Origin: Chlorokybus atmophyticus
Taxonomy: Eukaryota > Plantae > Mesostigma and Chlorokybus algae
Assembly (NCBI GenBank): GCA_009103225.1
Contig: RHPI01001327.1
Span: 124,001 to 188,000, forward strand
Length of the DNA: 64,000 bases
Reading direction: 5' to 3'
Shown here: one piece after another, positions 1 to 10,798 of the stretch
Layout of the letters: every line of letters begins with the position of its first letter
Numbering within the stretch: position 1 is the stretch's first letter
Notes under the pieces: generated by a model
The model's input: the letters and a program-made list of their open reading frames with translations, nothing else
What the model was told of the DNA's origin: nothing
Databases searched by the model: none
Translations under genes and position numbers: made by a program

Positions 1-299
1 GCAGTTACCTTGGCCTCGTGCTTAGGCATAATGCCAGCAGCACTTAACACACGCTTGCATCTAAATAACCAGTCACGCACAGCAACACCACGATCCTTGC
101 CTTTCCCCTCATGAGCGCCTAATAAGAACTCAAGGCGTGGCATCATCTTGTAAGCGCGTGCAGCTGACATCTTAGCCAGCTGCTGCTCATGCTGTTCCTT
201 CATGGATGTGTTGGCAGCCAACATGGCCTGCACCTGGATCTGGAGCTCAACTACTTGAGCTGCTAGCAGGTTGGCAGCATTTGCATCAGCCAAATTCAT
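1..299 (-). mobile_element. 5' part of a Ty3/gypsy-like gag ORF running off the window edge
   Basis: Open frame from ATG at 299 to position 1 (MNLADANAANLLAAQVVELQ...KMMPRLEFLLGAHEGKGKDRGVAVRDWLFRCKRVL...), resembling a retrotransposon Gag N-terminus. It lies about 280 bp downstream of a PBS and LTR on the same strand. Confidence 0.6.
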
Positions 300-582
300 T
301 GTAAAACTTTCAGTTGTGCACAAGCACGTAATGAGTGTGAATGCAACTGTCACACCCTCTCAACACCGCTCAAAGTGTATGCAACAATGCACAACGTGAA
401 TGCCAGAGGCAGCGTTGGTTATAGCCCATACCTGATATGCAAGTGTGCCCGCAGCTGGAACAATCAACTAGCATGCAATCTCAGCCACACTGCTATAAAG
501 CATCTGCAAGCAAAGAATGCAATGCATGTGCCAGCAACATATGTGCAAGCTGATGCACAAGCATGTAAGGCTTGGAAAAATA

Positions 583-1177
583 TCACCGATACCAATGTCA
601 CGTTGACCTCTTGGTACCTGCTGAGAGGGTTACAAACTTCTGCACAAGCATCTGAACTTTACTACACACCATGCGACCAGCAACAACCCACAAGGGAGTT
701 GATTGGGAGAGCACCCTCCAATAGCTTTAGTCAGGCACCCCACACACAAGTAGCTGTGCAAGGCCAGTAATTGATTGCCACCACAAAGTGGTAGTCACGC
801 GTTTATACTACCTGCTTCTCTCCAATCTGGCATAAAGGATGTGAGGTGGCGAGGCCAACAAGACCTCGCCACCTATGCGCTGAGCTGTTAGTACAGGCTG
901 ACTGTGTCCACCCTTAGACACTTCAACATAGGCAGCACTCTTGCTGCCGTGGCGACTATGTGCTTAACACTGACCAGTCCAGTACTTACTAGTAAACAAT
1001 GACATGGGTAGCTGCTATGTTCGTATGCATTAAGTACATAACCACTGACTTCGTGAGCACATATGCCAGGTGCTACACACACCATGACTATATGGAATCC
1101 TCACTTGGTCCTTCTTACCACATAAATTGGGAACCGAGAGTGTCATAAGTGTTCTGTCCTGTCCTTTGAATGTGACA
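583..1177 (-). mobile_element. Putative 5' LTR (596-1177) with tRNA-iMet-type PBS (583-594)
   Basis: The minus strand reads ...GTGACA-T-TGGTATCGGTGA. The segment has TG...CA ends with imperfect inverted termini (TGTCACGTT / AATGTGACA) and precedes the gag-like ORF. Confidence 0.55.
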
Positions 1178-1782
1178 CCAACCTTGCATTATCATCAATT
1201 TGTGTATAACTAACATGTCATACCCATGTGCACTCATCTAGTTTGTGACATTGCTCGAATGATGGTATTCAATATAATAGCTTAAATATGTTGTGGAATC
1301 TAATTGTACATCCGTATTGTACGAATGTGGGTTACTCAACCATAAGCATCGCAAGAATGAACTGTCATGTTAAATTTAACTTGCGTGCAAGTTAATATGT
1401 AATCTTTCATACCACATCGTAAGGATTGCTTCTGCAAACAAAGGTATGAGGAGGGGGTGTGATGTTTGAGGTTAACAATACTAATGGTATATCACTCGAA
1501 TTTAATGCAGTGCACATGTGACAATATCGAATGTAATACACGTAGAAATTAGCCTTGTATTACCACTTCTACCACAATAGGACAATTAGCGATCAAGCAT
1601 TTGACCACATTTAATTTCACCACGCCATACACACCATTAGCAGCGTCGCGTTATAGCTCTCAACAATTGCGATACTTCTTTATGAGAGCTTGACAGCAAG
1701 GTGCATGGGCTGTGCTGTGTCAGCTTATTGTTAACATACCAATGGGCAAGAATGCCGGTGTTCTTTGAGTTGAAACCATTTA

Positions 1783-2451
1783 TGTAACGGGAAGGGACCG
1801 CGGAATTCGTGTGTGAGGATTCCTGCCTTGCACACGAATTCCGCGGTCGTTGTTTCTCGATCCAGTAACGTTGTAAATGGTCATAAGTGCCGTCATCGAT
1901 GGGTCGCAACTTGCCTAATGGCAGTCGCGCCGGCATTTAGTCGGCGCGGCAGGACGCGACCTGCCTGTCGCGATGCGACCTGTGGGGCCGGCAGCGCTAT
2001 GCGCGCGTTGACCGGTATGGGCCTAATTGGCCGGTCTTTGGGCGGTGGGGCCGGTGACCGACCCTAATCAAACCCCTAAGATAATTCCCCAGCTGATGGG
2101 AGCCAGCTGCCGAGGACGTCAGCGTTCTTAAGTGGGGGGGAATGTAACGGGAATGTACATTAAATCACCACAAAACGACCGTTAAAGCACCATGTCTTTT
2201 GTGGTCCAGTGGGCTGTGACATTATGTACCTTCGCGCGTTGACCGGTATGGGCAGAATTTAGCCGGTCCTTGCCGTTGGGGACGGTGGCCGACCCTAGCA
2301 AACCCCTCGGATAATTCGGCAGCTGATGGGAGCCAGCTGCCGAGGACGTCAGCATTCTTAAGTGGGGGGGAATGTAACGGGAAGGTACATTATATCACCA
2401 CAAATCGACCATAAAAGCACCAAGTCTTTTGTGGTCGAGTGGGCTGTGACA
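1783..2451 (+). mobile_element. Non-autonomous TRIM-like mini retroelement with two 79-bp mini-LTRs and no PBS
   Basis: Starts TGTAACGGGAAGG and ends GCTGTGACA, with 5-bp TSD ATTTA (1778-1782, 2452-2456). PPT TAAGTGGGGGGGAA at 2129-2142 and 2359-2372 each precedes a mini-LTR (2143-2221, 2373-2451). The internal sequence matches about 60773-61190. Confidence 0.85.
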
Positions 2452-2731
2452 ATTTAGCTCGCATAGATGTTCCTGTTCACGTATGAATTCGACTTCAAGC
2501 GTCTCCTTATAGCCTTTACGATCGCAATACTCCGTACAAAAGCTTGATATTAAACCCTTGTAAACAAGTTTGCATGTAGCAGTGTGCGCTATGTGAATAA
2601 ATTATGCGCTAAAAACACACTTCAAATTTCAATAACATTATACCGCCAATAGGGCTGGCAAAAGTCATTCTCTGTTCTGTACTTCAATTAGTAAGATGAG
2701 ACTCGATGAGGACTCATTCTTTGCAAGCAAG

Positions 2732-3546
2732 TGTAGTGCTTATGGGGTATGCTCTTATGTAGGTCTGCTCATGAGCTCATAGAGCCTTGAGTATGATGAA
2801 CTACACAAGGCATTGATGAGGGTTGGCACAAAACTAGTCAATGCCTGAGGCAATAAGGACAAACCTACGATGCCATAGTAAGTGACAGCTCAAAGAAAGA
2901 AAGCCAAGTTAGCAAACCACAGGATTCCTGCTGTATTAGTGCGATTCGCCACAAATGTGACAGTCGCATGGCTAAGTGATGCCTGTGGGCAATCTGCAAG
3001 TAGTGCTGTGCTAGGAGCGCCTAAGTTTGCGGTTCCAAGGCACGGTTGTTACTCTTACGGGCACCTGATGGAGTTGGATATTTCCGAGGTTGATGTCCTG
3101 TGCTGGACAAGGTCACCTTGTGCTGATACGATAGCACACAGTGACAGGGCCTTGGGCCTTGGATATCCTGTGTGCTATGTCGGGTGAGCAGCAAGTGGTA
3201 TAAAGGCTGAGTAGCAACCTTGAGTAGGGATCAAAGTGTGTTCACCACTTGAGGGCCACTTGTGCGTGGGGTGCCTAGCTAGTAGCTGTTAAGGGGCTCT
3301 CCCCCTCATCCTTGTGGGGTGTGGTGTTGTGGGTGTGAGTATGGGTGTGTTGGGCGTGGGTGTGCCTGGGGCTAGAGCTGTGTGCGAGGTTGGTGGTCGC
3401 CCTCTCCTCCCTTGGTGCGCTGCTACAACTTTGTTGCAACGTGGTGCTGGTAGCCTATTAGGTCCGGGAGTCCCATTGCAAGTTCTTAATGCTTGTGCAT
3501 AAGTTTGCCAAGCCCCAACCATCAAGTAAATAGTGGTATCGTTACA
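2732..3546 (+). mobile_element. Probable old LTR remnant
   Basis: Begins TGTAG after a decayed GAGGAC..PPT-like stretch and ends GTGGTATCGTTACA. Non-coding, and no partner LTR is present in the window. Confidence 0.3.
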
Positions 3547-4769
3547 AACATCGTGTATTGATCGAAAACAGCTTCACCCGATGACTTTATTTATCCACAA
3601 CATGTGTTGCGGTTGAATTCATGAGCGTAACTAGTGTCATGTCCACTTTAAACTTGCATATTTTTAAGCAACCGATTATGGGACTATGCGCAGCGATCTA
3701 CAACAAGAAGATCCTCAGTTCCATGCTATCTTATGTGCACGTGCACCTCATTCCGCATCAAATTTGCATAAACACGAAGTACAGGGTTAGTACAAGCCAG
3801 TATAACACACGTTGTGTTCATTCAAGCGGGACCTTGTTGCATGTATGTGTGAGTTGATTGTAGGCATGTCAAAGAACGACGAAGATGAAGAAGGAGAAGA
3901 AACTGTCTACTTGCCAAGCTGCGTGGTCATTTGTTTCAGACATGAGGGTTAACCCTGATGTCTTGCCAATGATGATGTGACCCACACAACATTGTGTGGA
4001 GTCACATAAAAACACTTGTACAACATCATTACACTCAAGGTTAAGACATAAAAGATTTTGAGTCCCATGCCCGTTTTTAAACAGCGTTGAGTCCATGTTT
4101 ATAACGTTGCCATGCCATCGTGACATCTGATTGCAGCCAGTATGTGCCTTACAGGCGCTTCAATTCATACCAGCACAAACCCCATCGCCAAATTGGCATT
4201 GCGCAGCATGCCCGTTTCTTGCAATTGCTAACGAGTGACACTTGTGTCTCTGGTGAGTTGCCTTGCAATTTGCAAAGCCACGCACATCACACCCGCCTTC
4301 CCACCCGGCACCCTCACGTTTTGCTTCTGCTCGCGCACCTCGCTTTTGGGTTCTTACCTTGCGCCTGTGCCTGTGCGCTCAGGTTGGTTGGTTGGTTGGT
4401 TGCATGTAGCTTGCTGCTTGCCATTGCATCCTACTGCCATGCCCCACCAAGAGCACATAGTGCATATAGTGCACATAATTGTAAAGCCCCTGATAATTGA
4501 AGTGTTGCTCTTGACTATCTTTATGACTGGTTTGCTTGCTGCTTATGGTGTTGTTTGTTGTGCATTTGAATTGCTTCTTTCCCTACAACTTATACTTTGC
4601 AAGCTGTTATTGCCTCTGATTGCTCCTGCCTTGATGCTATTGTGTTTGGCTTGTGTGTATAGGCAGAGGCCGCAGGAGCATGCATATTGCGTATTGGGTG
4701 TGTGTAGAGTTTATTGCAACTTTTTATTGTTAGCACACGGCTTGACATTCGGGGACTTGAAATGGTCCT

Positions 4770-6312
4770 TCCACGCACCCCGCGGGCCATACAGTCTACC
4801 CTCGTTAAGCGACTTCGCTCCAAGAGAATAATCCCGCTTATATCATAGAATGTGAGATTACCAATAGTTTTACAAACAAATGTTGGTGCTTAAGAGAATA
4901 CGACTAACCGCGAGGAGCATACTTTGTTGTCCTCAATTTTTGGTATTTTTGAGTGTGCTTGTTCCTAACATCGAGGGAGGAGACGTGACGAGTGTGGCAT
5001 AAGGCGTGATGAGCGTGACTAGGCGTGATGGATAAGATGTGACGCGCAACCAGCGTAATGGGCGTAACGGCGCGACGGACGTGACGTAATTCGCGTGACG
5101 TAATGGGCGTACTGGGCGTGATGAAACCGCGTTTATAGCATCTATGCTCTTGACATCGAAGAGCACATTATGCTCTTAAACGCCAAGAGATTTACCCCAC
5201 CAAGAGCATAGCGGAGGATAAACAGAATGCTCTTAACTGTTAAAGGGGGTAGACTGTCCATGGTCTGTCCCCCGCGGGCCAAGACTGCCTGGTCTGCGGG
5301 GGACGGACCCGTCATGGTCCCTGTCAATGCTGTAAATCCCCGCGGCCCGTCAACGCCTGCCGCGACGACGTGCTGTCCCGCGGTCCTGCGGCCCTACACG
5401 TATACTAGGTGCACCGTACATGGTGCCGCACGCACCATGTACGGTACGGTACAAACCAGAAACCCTGCAGCAAATATGAGTAGGTAGCAACAACCTACGT
5501 ATTACTTAAAGGCCACTGTACGGTACAACATTTTGTTTCAATGTCTGATTGTACAAATTGTATACATTGACAAGCCGCACCGACTGTCGGCTATATGCCG
5601 ACAAGTGGACAGCCGCAAATGGTCGGCGGTTAAATGGCAGCCGGGCTGGCAATTAAGCTGTAAGGGGCTGTCTATGCAATCAACATACTCCATATTACCG
5701 TACATGTATATGCATAACTTGGTGGATGTGCACCATTAACATTGCAAGCATTTATCTAGGGATACATGAACAGTTGTACATTTGTATACGTTAATGTACT
5801 TTACACTTGATACATCACGTTTTTGTGCATGTTAACGCGCGCACAAATGGATGGGTTGATCCTTTTTTTAATGGTGACAATAAATATTCAAATGGTTACA
5901 TCAACGCTTTATTGCACAAATATACATATAAACCACGTTAATTATTGTAATATACAGCCTCATGTGACCGCAGAATGATTGACAGCCGCGATTACATTAC
6001 AGCCTGATGGTTATGAAGACATCTGTCGGTCCATGTCCGCTGGATAGACCAGTGATGATGGTTTAAGTACATCTTCATGATTAAAGTCCCTGGTCCGCTG
6101 GCCGGCTCGTACCTGGTCCTGACGCAACCGGCCGGACCAAATATGGTTCGACCCCAAAAGCACATGGGACCGTTCTCGTGAGGTTTGACCATGCATGGTC
6201 CGACTGTCAATGACAGCCGGACCATATATGGTCCGGCGATTTCACTTAGCAGGGCAAATCCAGGTCCGAAGGCACGGATCATTTATGGTCCTTTAACGTC
6301 AATCGGTGTGCG
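4770..6312. repeat. Cluster of fold-back/MITE-like inverted repeats and short motif arrays
   Basis: Hairpins at 5262-5309 (20-bp stem, 3 G.U), 5413-5445 (14-bp perfect) and 5585-5603. A 20-bp palindrome CCGGACCATATATGGTCCGG lies near 6220-6239. Arrays of GCGTGA, ATGCTCTT/AAGAGCAT and GGTCC/GGACC are present, and 4775-4830 is a degenerate inversion of about 5200-5281. Confidence 0.55.
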
Positions 6313-6649
6313 TGGGTTTGCGCCAGCCCATTTCTCTTGTTGCTGCTGCTGTTGTTAACATTGCTCTTAAAAACTACCACTGTCTTGCGTGTTTGGGCTT
6401 GTATGCTGCTGACTGCCTGCCGTGCTGTTTGGCTGCAACTATGCACACGTCAGTGTTCTGTGCCTGTATAGTAATGCTTACTAGGCTCATGTATCTTGTA
6501 AGCCCAGAAAACCGCGCGAATCATATGTCGCGTTGAAGTTGCAAATGTTGTCGCATTGCTACACCCAATCTTTGTAGTGTATGGTTCAACAAGATGTGTA
6601 GTAGGTAACATGTGCTGCGTTGTGTGTTGACAGTTCTGATCTTGGGAAT

Positions 6650-6711
6650 GGTCTGTTTGCTGCTGACGCGTGCTTGCGTGCGCGCATGCACGCGTCAGCA
6701 GCAAACAGACC
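6650..6711. ncRNA. Long near-perfect hairpin (candidate small-RNA precursor)
   Basis: 24-bp perfect inverted repeat GGTCTGTTTGCTGCTGACGCGTGC (6650-6673) / 6688-6711, then a T.T mismatch, 4 more pairs and a 4-nt loop. Confidence 0.4.
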
Positions 6712-7246
6712 GCGTGATAGCAATGCAAGCAGCAATGACATTGTATCACTCCTTGTTACTGGTGGCAACAACGTGTGGTCCACCACACTGGTTATGAATT
6801 ACATAGCAGTTTATATGACCATATAAGCTAGCAGGCAGCTGCAATGATGGAACGCAGTTGATGTATCAGGTTAGACGCCTCCGGCATGTTGATCGGCTAA
6901 TCAGATTCAGGCCGTCTCTTCTTGCTAAAGTACGGTCGCCGTGAGGAACCTTTAACTCGTCCTGGGCGCTGCAATGCAGAACTTGTTAAGCCCATCGACC
7001 TTGATTACTGATTCACACGGCCAAGCAAGCACAAACACAGGCCATTTCGCAACTTGCACACTGACTTGACAAGCATACAGGTGAGTGCGTGAGCGTCGAG
7101 CATAATGCATATGCGGACACCAATCCACTTGCATGCAGGCTGTATGCATTGAAACTTCTGTACACACCATGGCAATGCACAAACATGCTCTGCTTCATGA
7201 TACTGGTCGCAGTCCTTTTGCTCCCCATTCTCCCGCGCAATTGCAG

Positions 7247-9619
7247 TCACGCTCTCAGAGAGACAGGGAGAGATGCAACAACACGTACCCCATGCGAAGA
7301 TGATGGCACTTGCTCAGCTTCTGAACTTGTACGAGCGACTTCCGCGTTCCGATTCTCTCCAAACGGAGGTGATGCCGGATATGACATATCGCGTTCGCCG
7401 TTGCTTTCATCGTCGTCGTCATCGTCATCGTCATCTCCATTATCTGTAGTGGTTACCTTTGGGGTAGAGAGCTCCTCCTCCACAGCGGCTGGACGCGTGG
7501 GTTTGCGTGGCGTGTTACCAGTAAGTGCTGGGCCTTGCGGGCTCATCATCTCATTGAGTGATGCTGGAAGATTGAGCCATGAACCAAACCCGGATGAGTC
7601 GGAGTAGCTCTCGTCACTGGCATAGCTGCAGGAACACGCACACAAGCCACAGACAGGGCGTCAATCAGGAACCAACATCACCATCGCATCAATGAGCTTT
7701 AGAGGTATGCGAACCAACGAGACGCTTCTTACCTGTTGTAGGCACTGTCTGAGGGTTCAGACAGCGCCAGTGCTTTGCCCCTGGCAGGCGGTGCCGTCTT
7801 TCGCGGCCTCTGCACAGGTGGAGCAGCCAACTTTGCAGACGATGCAACCCACGATTCGGTGCGCTTTGTGTCCTTGTCGGTGGCGATGCCAGCCACCTAC
7901 AAGCCAACATGTGAGCCATAGCGACAGGTGCACACATGCATTCGCAGAGAGGGCCATATGGTGCAGCAAAGCATCCTTGCTACACACCTGAGCTGCTGCA
8001 GGCTGTGCTGCAGCTGATGTTGTGTACAGTGCGGCTGGTTTCTCTTGCATGGCTCGCCTGCGTTTCAGAAGCACAAAAGCTCCAAAAATAATGACGGGAA
8101 TGACAAAGAATGCAAATGCGCCACCGCCAATCGCAATGCCCACGATCTGTCCCGCGGACAAACCATTGTCGGATGCCGCCGGTGCAGGGGCAGGTGGCAC
8201 GAAACCTGGTGAACGTAAACACGTGAGTATGTAGTGACATGTTAGTCCTCAGGTAAGCTGAATGCAATTGACTCACCGGATATTATGGTCGGAGGTCCGA
8301 TTAAGTCAATCGACACAGGTTCACCTGCAAGTGCAAGAAGGTCACTTGTGAACTAGCCGTGTGCTGTTCGCAACAAACAAATACTGACGAGAGAAGATAC
8401 CAGTGGTGGTGATTGCAGTGGTATCAGAAAAGCCACTGTTTATGCGATTGATGAGACTCCATGCTTCTTCAGGTGTTGTGAACATGCGCAACAGAATGGC
8501 TACTCGCTCCTGGATATCTTGAAACAGCCGCCGCCCCTTGAGACGCGAGGCCACAGGCAGCAGCTGCGTCACGCTAAGTATAGCTACTGATTCCAACCTG
8601 GTGGGTAGCGACTCAGTTCGTCAATCAAGGTTTTATCAAGGCAATAACACAGAGGCACTTGCGAAAACAATACTCACGGTATCTGCAAAATGCCTGCCAT
8701 AAACTCTACGAATGCGGACTGCTTCAAGCTGTCAAACGGGAGGAGGCTGCCAGCAGGTCCACTTAGTCGCACGCTTACTTGCAACACTGTTGCATTATCT
8801 GCAAGAAGTTGGAGACAAATTAAGATGCGTGTCGCACACGACAGTTCATATGCATGACGGGTATGGTGTCTCAAATGCTTACCAGGCGGGTTGACAAACG
8901 GTGCAGGTGCAGGTGCAACATAGCTAGGTGTGGGAGCAGTGAGGTCTTGTGCTGGTGCTGGCGACAGTGTCAGTGTGGGAGCTGGGGTGGCTGGTGGTGA
9001 TGGCGGAGGTGGTGGTGAGGGTGGTGCTGGCGACGGGGGTGGTGCAGGCGACGGGGGTGGTGCAGGCGACGGAGGTGGTACTGGGGGAGGGGGCGGGGAA
9101 GGCGGGCTCGGGCTTGGTGGTGGGCTTGGGCTTGGAGGCGGTGGTCGTGGACTCGGGGGAGGAGGCGGGCTTGGTGGTGGAGGTGGAGGTGAAGGTGCAG
9201 GCCGACAGCCACCAATGCCATAGTATTCACATACGCACTGCGTGCAAATGTTTAGTTAGCACTTGGGAATTTGCCGCAATGCAGATGTGCATTGCACTTA
9301 CGAATGGGCACAAAGGTGTTGGATTGCCTTCGCCTTTCTCAGTGTGGCAGTTGCGGCAGCCGGTGTTGCCAATGCAACCGAGGCCGCCCCCATTAGCAAT
9401 ACACGAGTAGTCGGAATAAACAAAGTCCACACCCAGCGCCAAATTTGGCTGGCCCTGCTTTGTGCATGCGTCTGCTGGACACACGTCCAGTGTATTTTGA
9501 AGGAGCGCTCTACTACTATGAACACTGTTGTTGTGTCGGTTTTCTTCTGCTGCTCCCACAACCGTGTACGTAGCAAGCAAGCACAAAAAAAGCAACTGCG
9601 CCAGGCACCGCCGCCTCAT
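7247..9619 (-). CDS. Type I membrane protein: signal peptide, Cys-rich GGLGC module, Ser-Pro-rich stalk, SEA-like segment, one TM helix, low-complexity tail
   Basis: ATG 9619 (MRRRCLAQLLFLCLLAT), CIANGGGLGCIGNTGCRNC, SPPPP/SPAPP repeats (~8890-9220), TM GQIVGIAIGGGAFAFFVIPVIIFGAFVLL followed by KRRR. About 7 exons join in frame at GT-AG sites. The 3' end is uncertain. Confidence 0.75.
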
Positions 9620-10252
9620 CCTAGCAGCCAAACGCAACAGCGTGTGAGCATCAAAACACTGCTCACTTCAGCCTTGTTTGTCATGCAAAAGCTCCATGCA
9701 TGTTGCTTACAAGAGGTTGTAGGAGCCGCTTGCAAGAGACATGCATGCCATCACTCGCATTGCAAGCAACTGCAGGTCGCCGAGCAATGGCCGAGCCGGG
9801 AACCAGCACCACGTCCTTGAAGCATTACCTCACTGGCTGCACGTGCGCCATTGCTCTCCTGGCTGGTTAGCACCATGCCATGCCAGCCACCCAATGCCGG
9901 GGGCGCCACGGCACACCGGAGCACTACTATCAGCCTCCAATCCGGACGACTAACAGCCCAAGTTCCCCAACAAGCTAGCTAGCAAATGTCATTCCCACAA
10001 CGTCTCACGCCTGCATTCACATTCGGACAACCTCCTCACGCATTGCCCATGCTGCCTCCCTAACCAGCCTCTGCGCACTGCTTGCCTGCCGGCTCACTTC
10101 GCCCCAGCCCCGTCAAATGACGCAACCACTCTCACACGACAGAACTAGGTCAACCCACAATGCAACCCTGCCGACGCCGACAATGTCGTCCACGCCGCCT
10201 CTGCCACCGCCGACCTCCAGCATATCTCACACGTGGCTGCAATGCAGGTCCT

Positions 10253-10748
10253 AAACCCTAAGCCTCAGCCGGGTCCCGCAAGAGATCCCGCCATCTACTT
10301 TTTCGATCGATGGCTCAAAAGTTTCCGCCTCCAAATGGCGCAGCGTTTAGGGTGTTCACTGATCAGGGCCTAACGGTTTTCACGTTTGGGGGTTTCGTGT
10401 CACACGTGAGCCGCGACGTGACGCAGCGTGCGGTCATGCGAGTAGTGCCCGTTGGCGCTAAAAGACACGCCTGTAACCAAGTATATGCACCATCCTACGA
10501 CCAAGAGAGCTGATCAGACCCCCTGGAGCCGATCTGGCCGTCGGTGGCCCGCTTCATCGCTCGGGACGCGGCTTTGCTAGCCTGGCGCAGGGCCTAGCAA
10601 AAAGTGAAGTTGCGAAACTGGTGGCGCGCGTATTGACAGCTTCCAGGTTTGAGAGTCTGGCAAAAAGTCCTAGGTCGAGTTATGGTATTCCGACAAGAAG
10701 TATGTTTTAGAACGAAGGCTGGCTTCGGGACCTTTAGGGTTAGGGTTT
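10253..10748. promoter_or_regulatory. Divergent promoter with telo-boxes facing each gene
   Basis: AAACCCTAA at 10253-10261 and TTAGGGTTAGGGTTT at 10734-10748, 50 bp before the recA ATG. Confidence 0.5.
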
Positions 10749-10798
10749 CCCGCGCTGTCGCAGCAGCCGTGAGGGAAGCCGGCGGCGGCGGCGGCGGT

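Noticed and set aside
375-770. 131-aa + strand ORF and other short ORFs at 0.9-3.5 kb
   Set aside because: They overlap LTR, leader or mini-element sequence and have no domain signal.
2143-2451. Repeat-spacer-repeat pattern resembling a CRISPR array
   Set aside because: The repeats are 79-bp TG...CA LTRs preceded by PPTs, the spacers are homologous to each other, the context is eukaryotic, and there are no cas genes.
4120-4831. Hydrophobic ORFs and a possible broken CCHC motif on -
   Set aside because: Needs a frameshift and has no supporting domains; at most a decayed TE.
5380-5410. Hairpin plus CTAG as a Helitron 3' end
   Set aside because: The stem is only 4 bp, CTAG is followed by G rather than T, and no 5' TC end was identified.
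6620-6826. GNGLFA motif suggesting a SET domain
   Set aside because: The ORF is a by-product of the 24-bp hairpin, and other SET motifs are absent.
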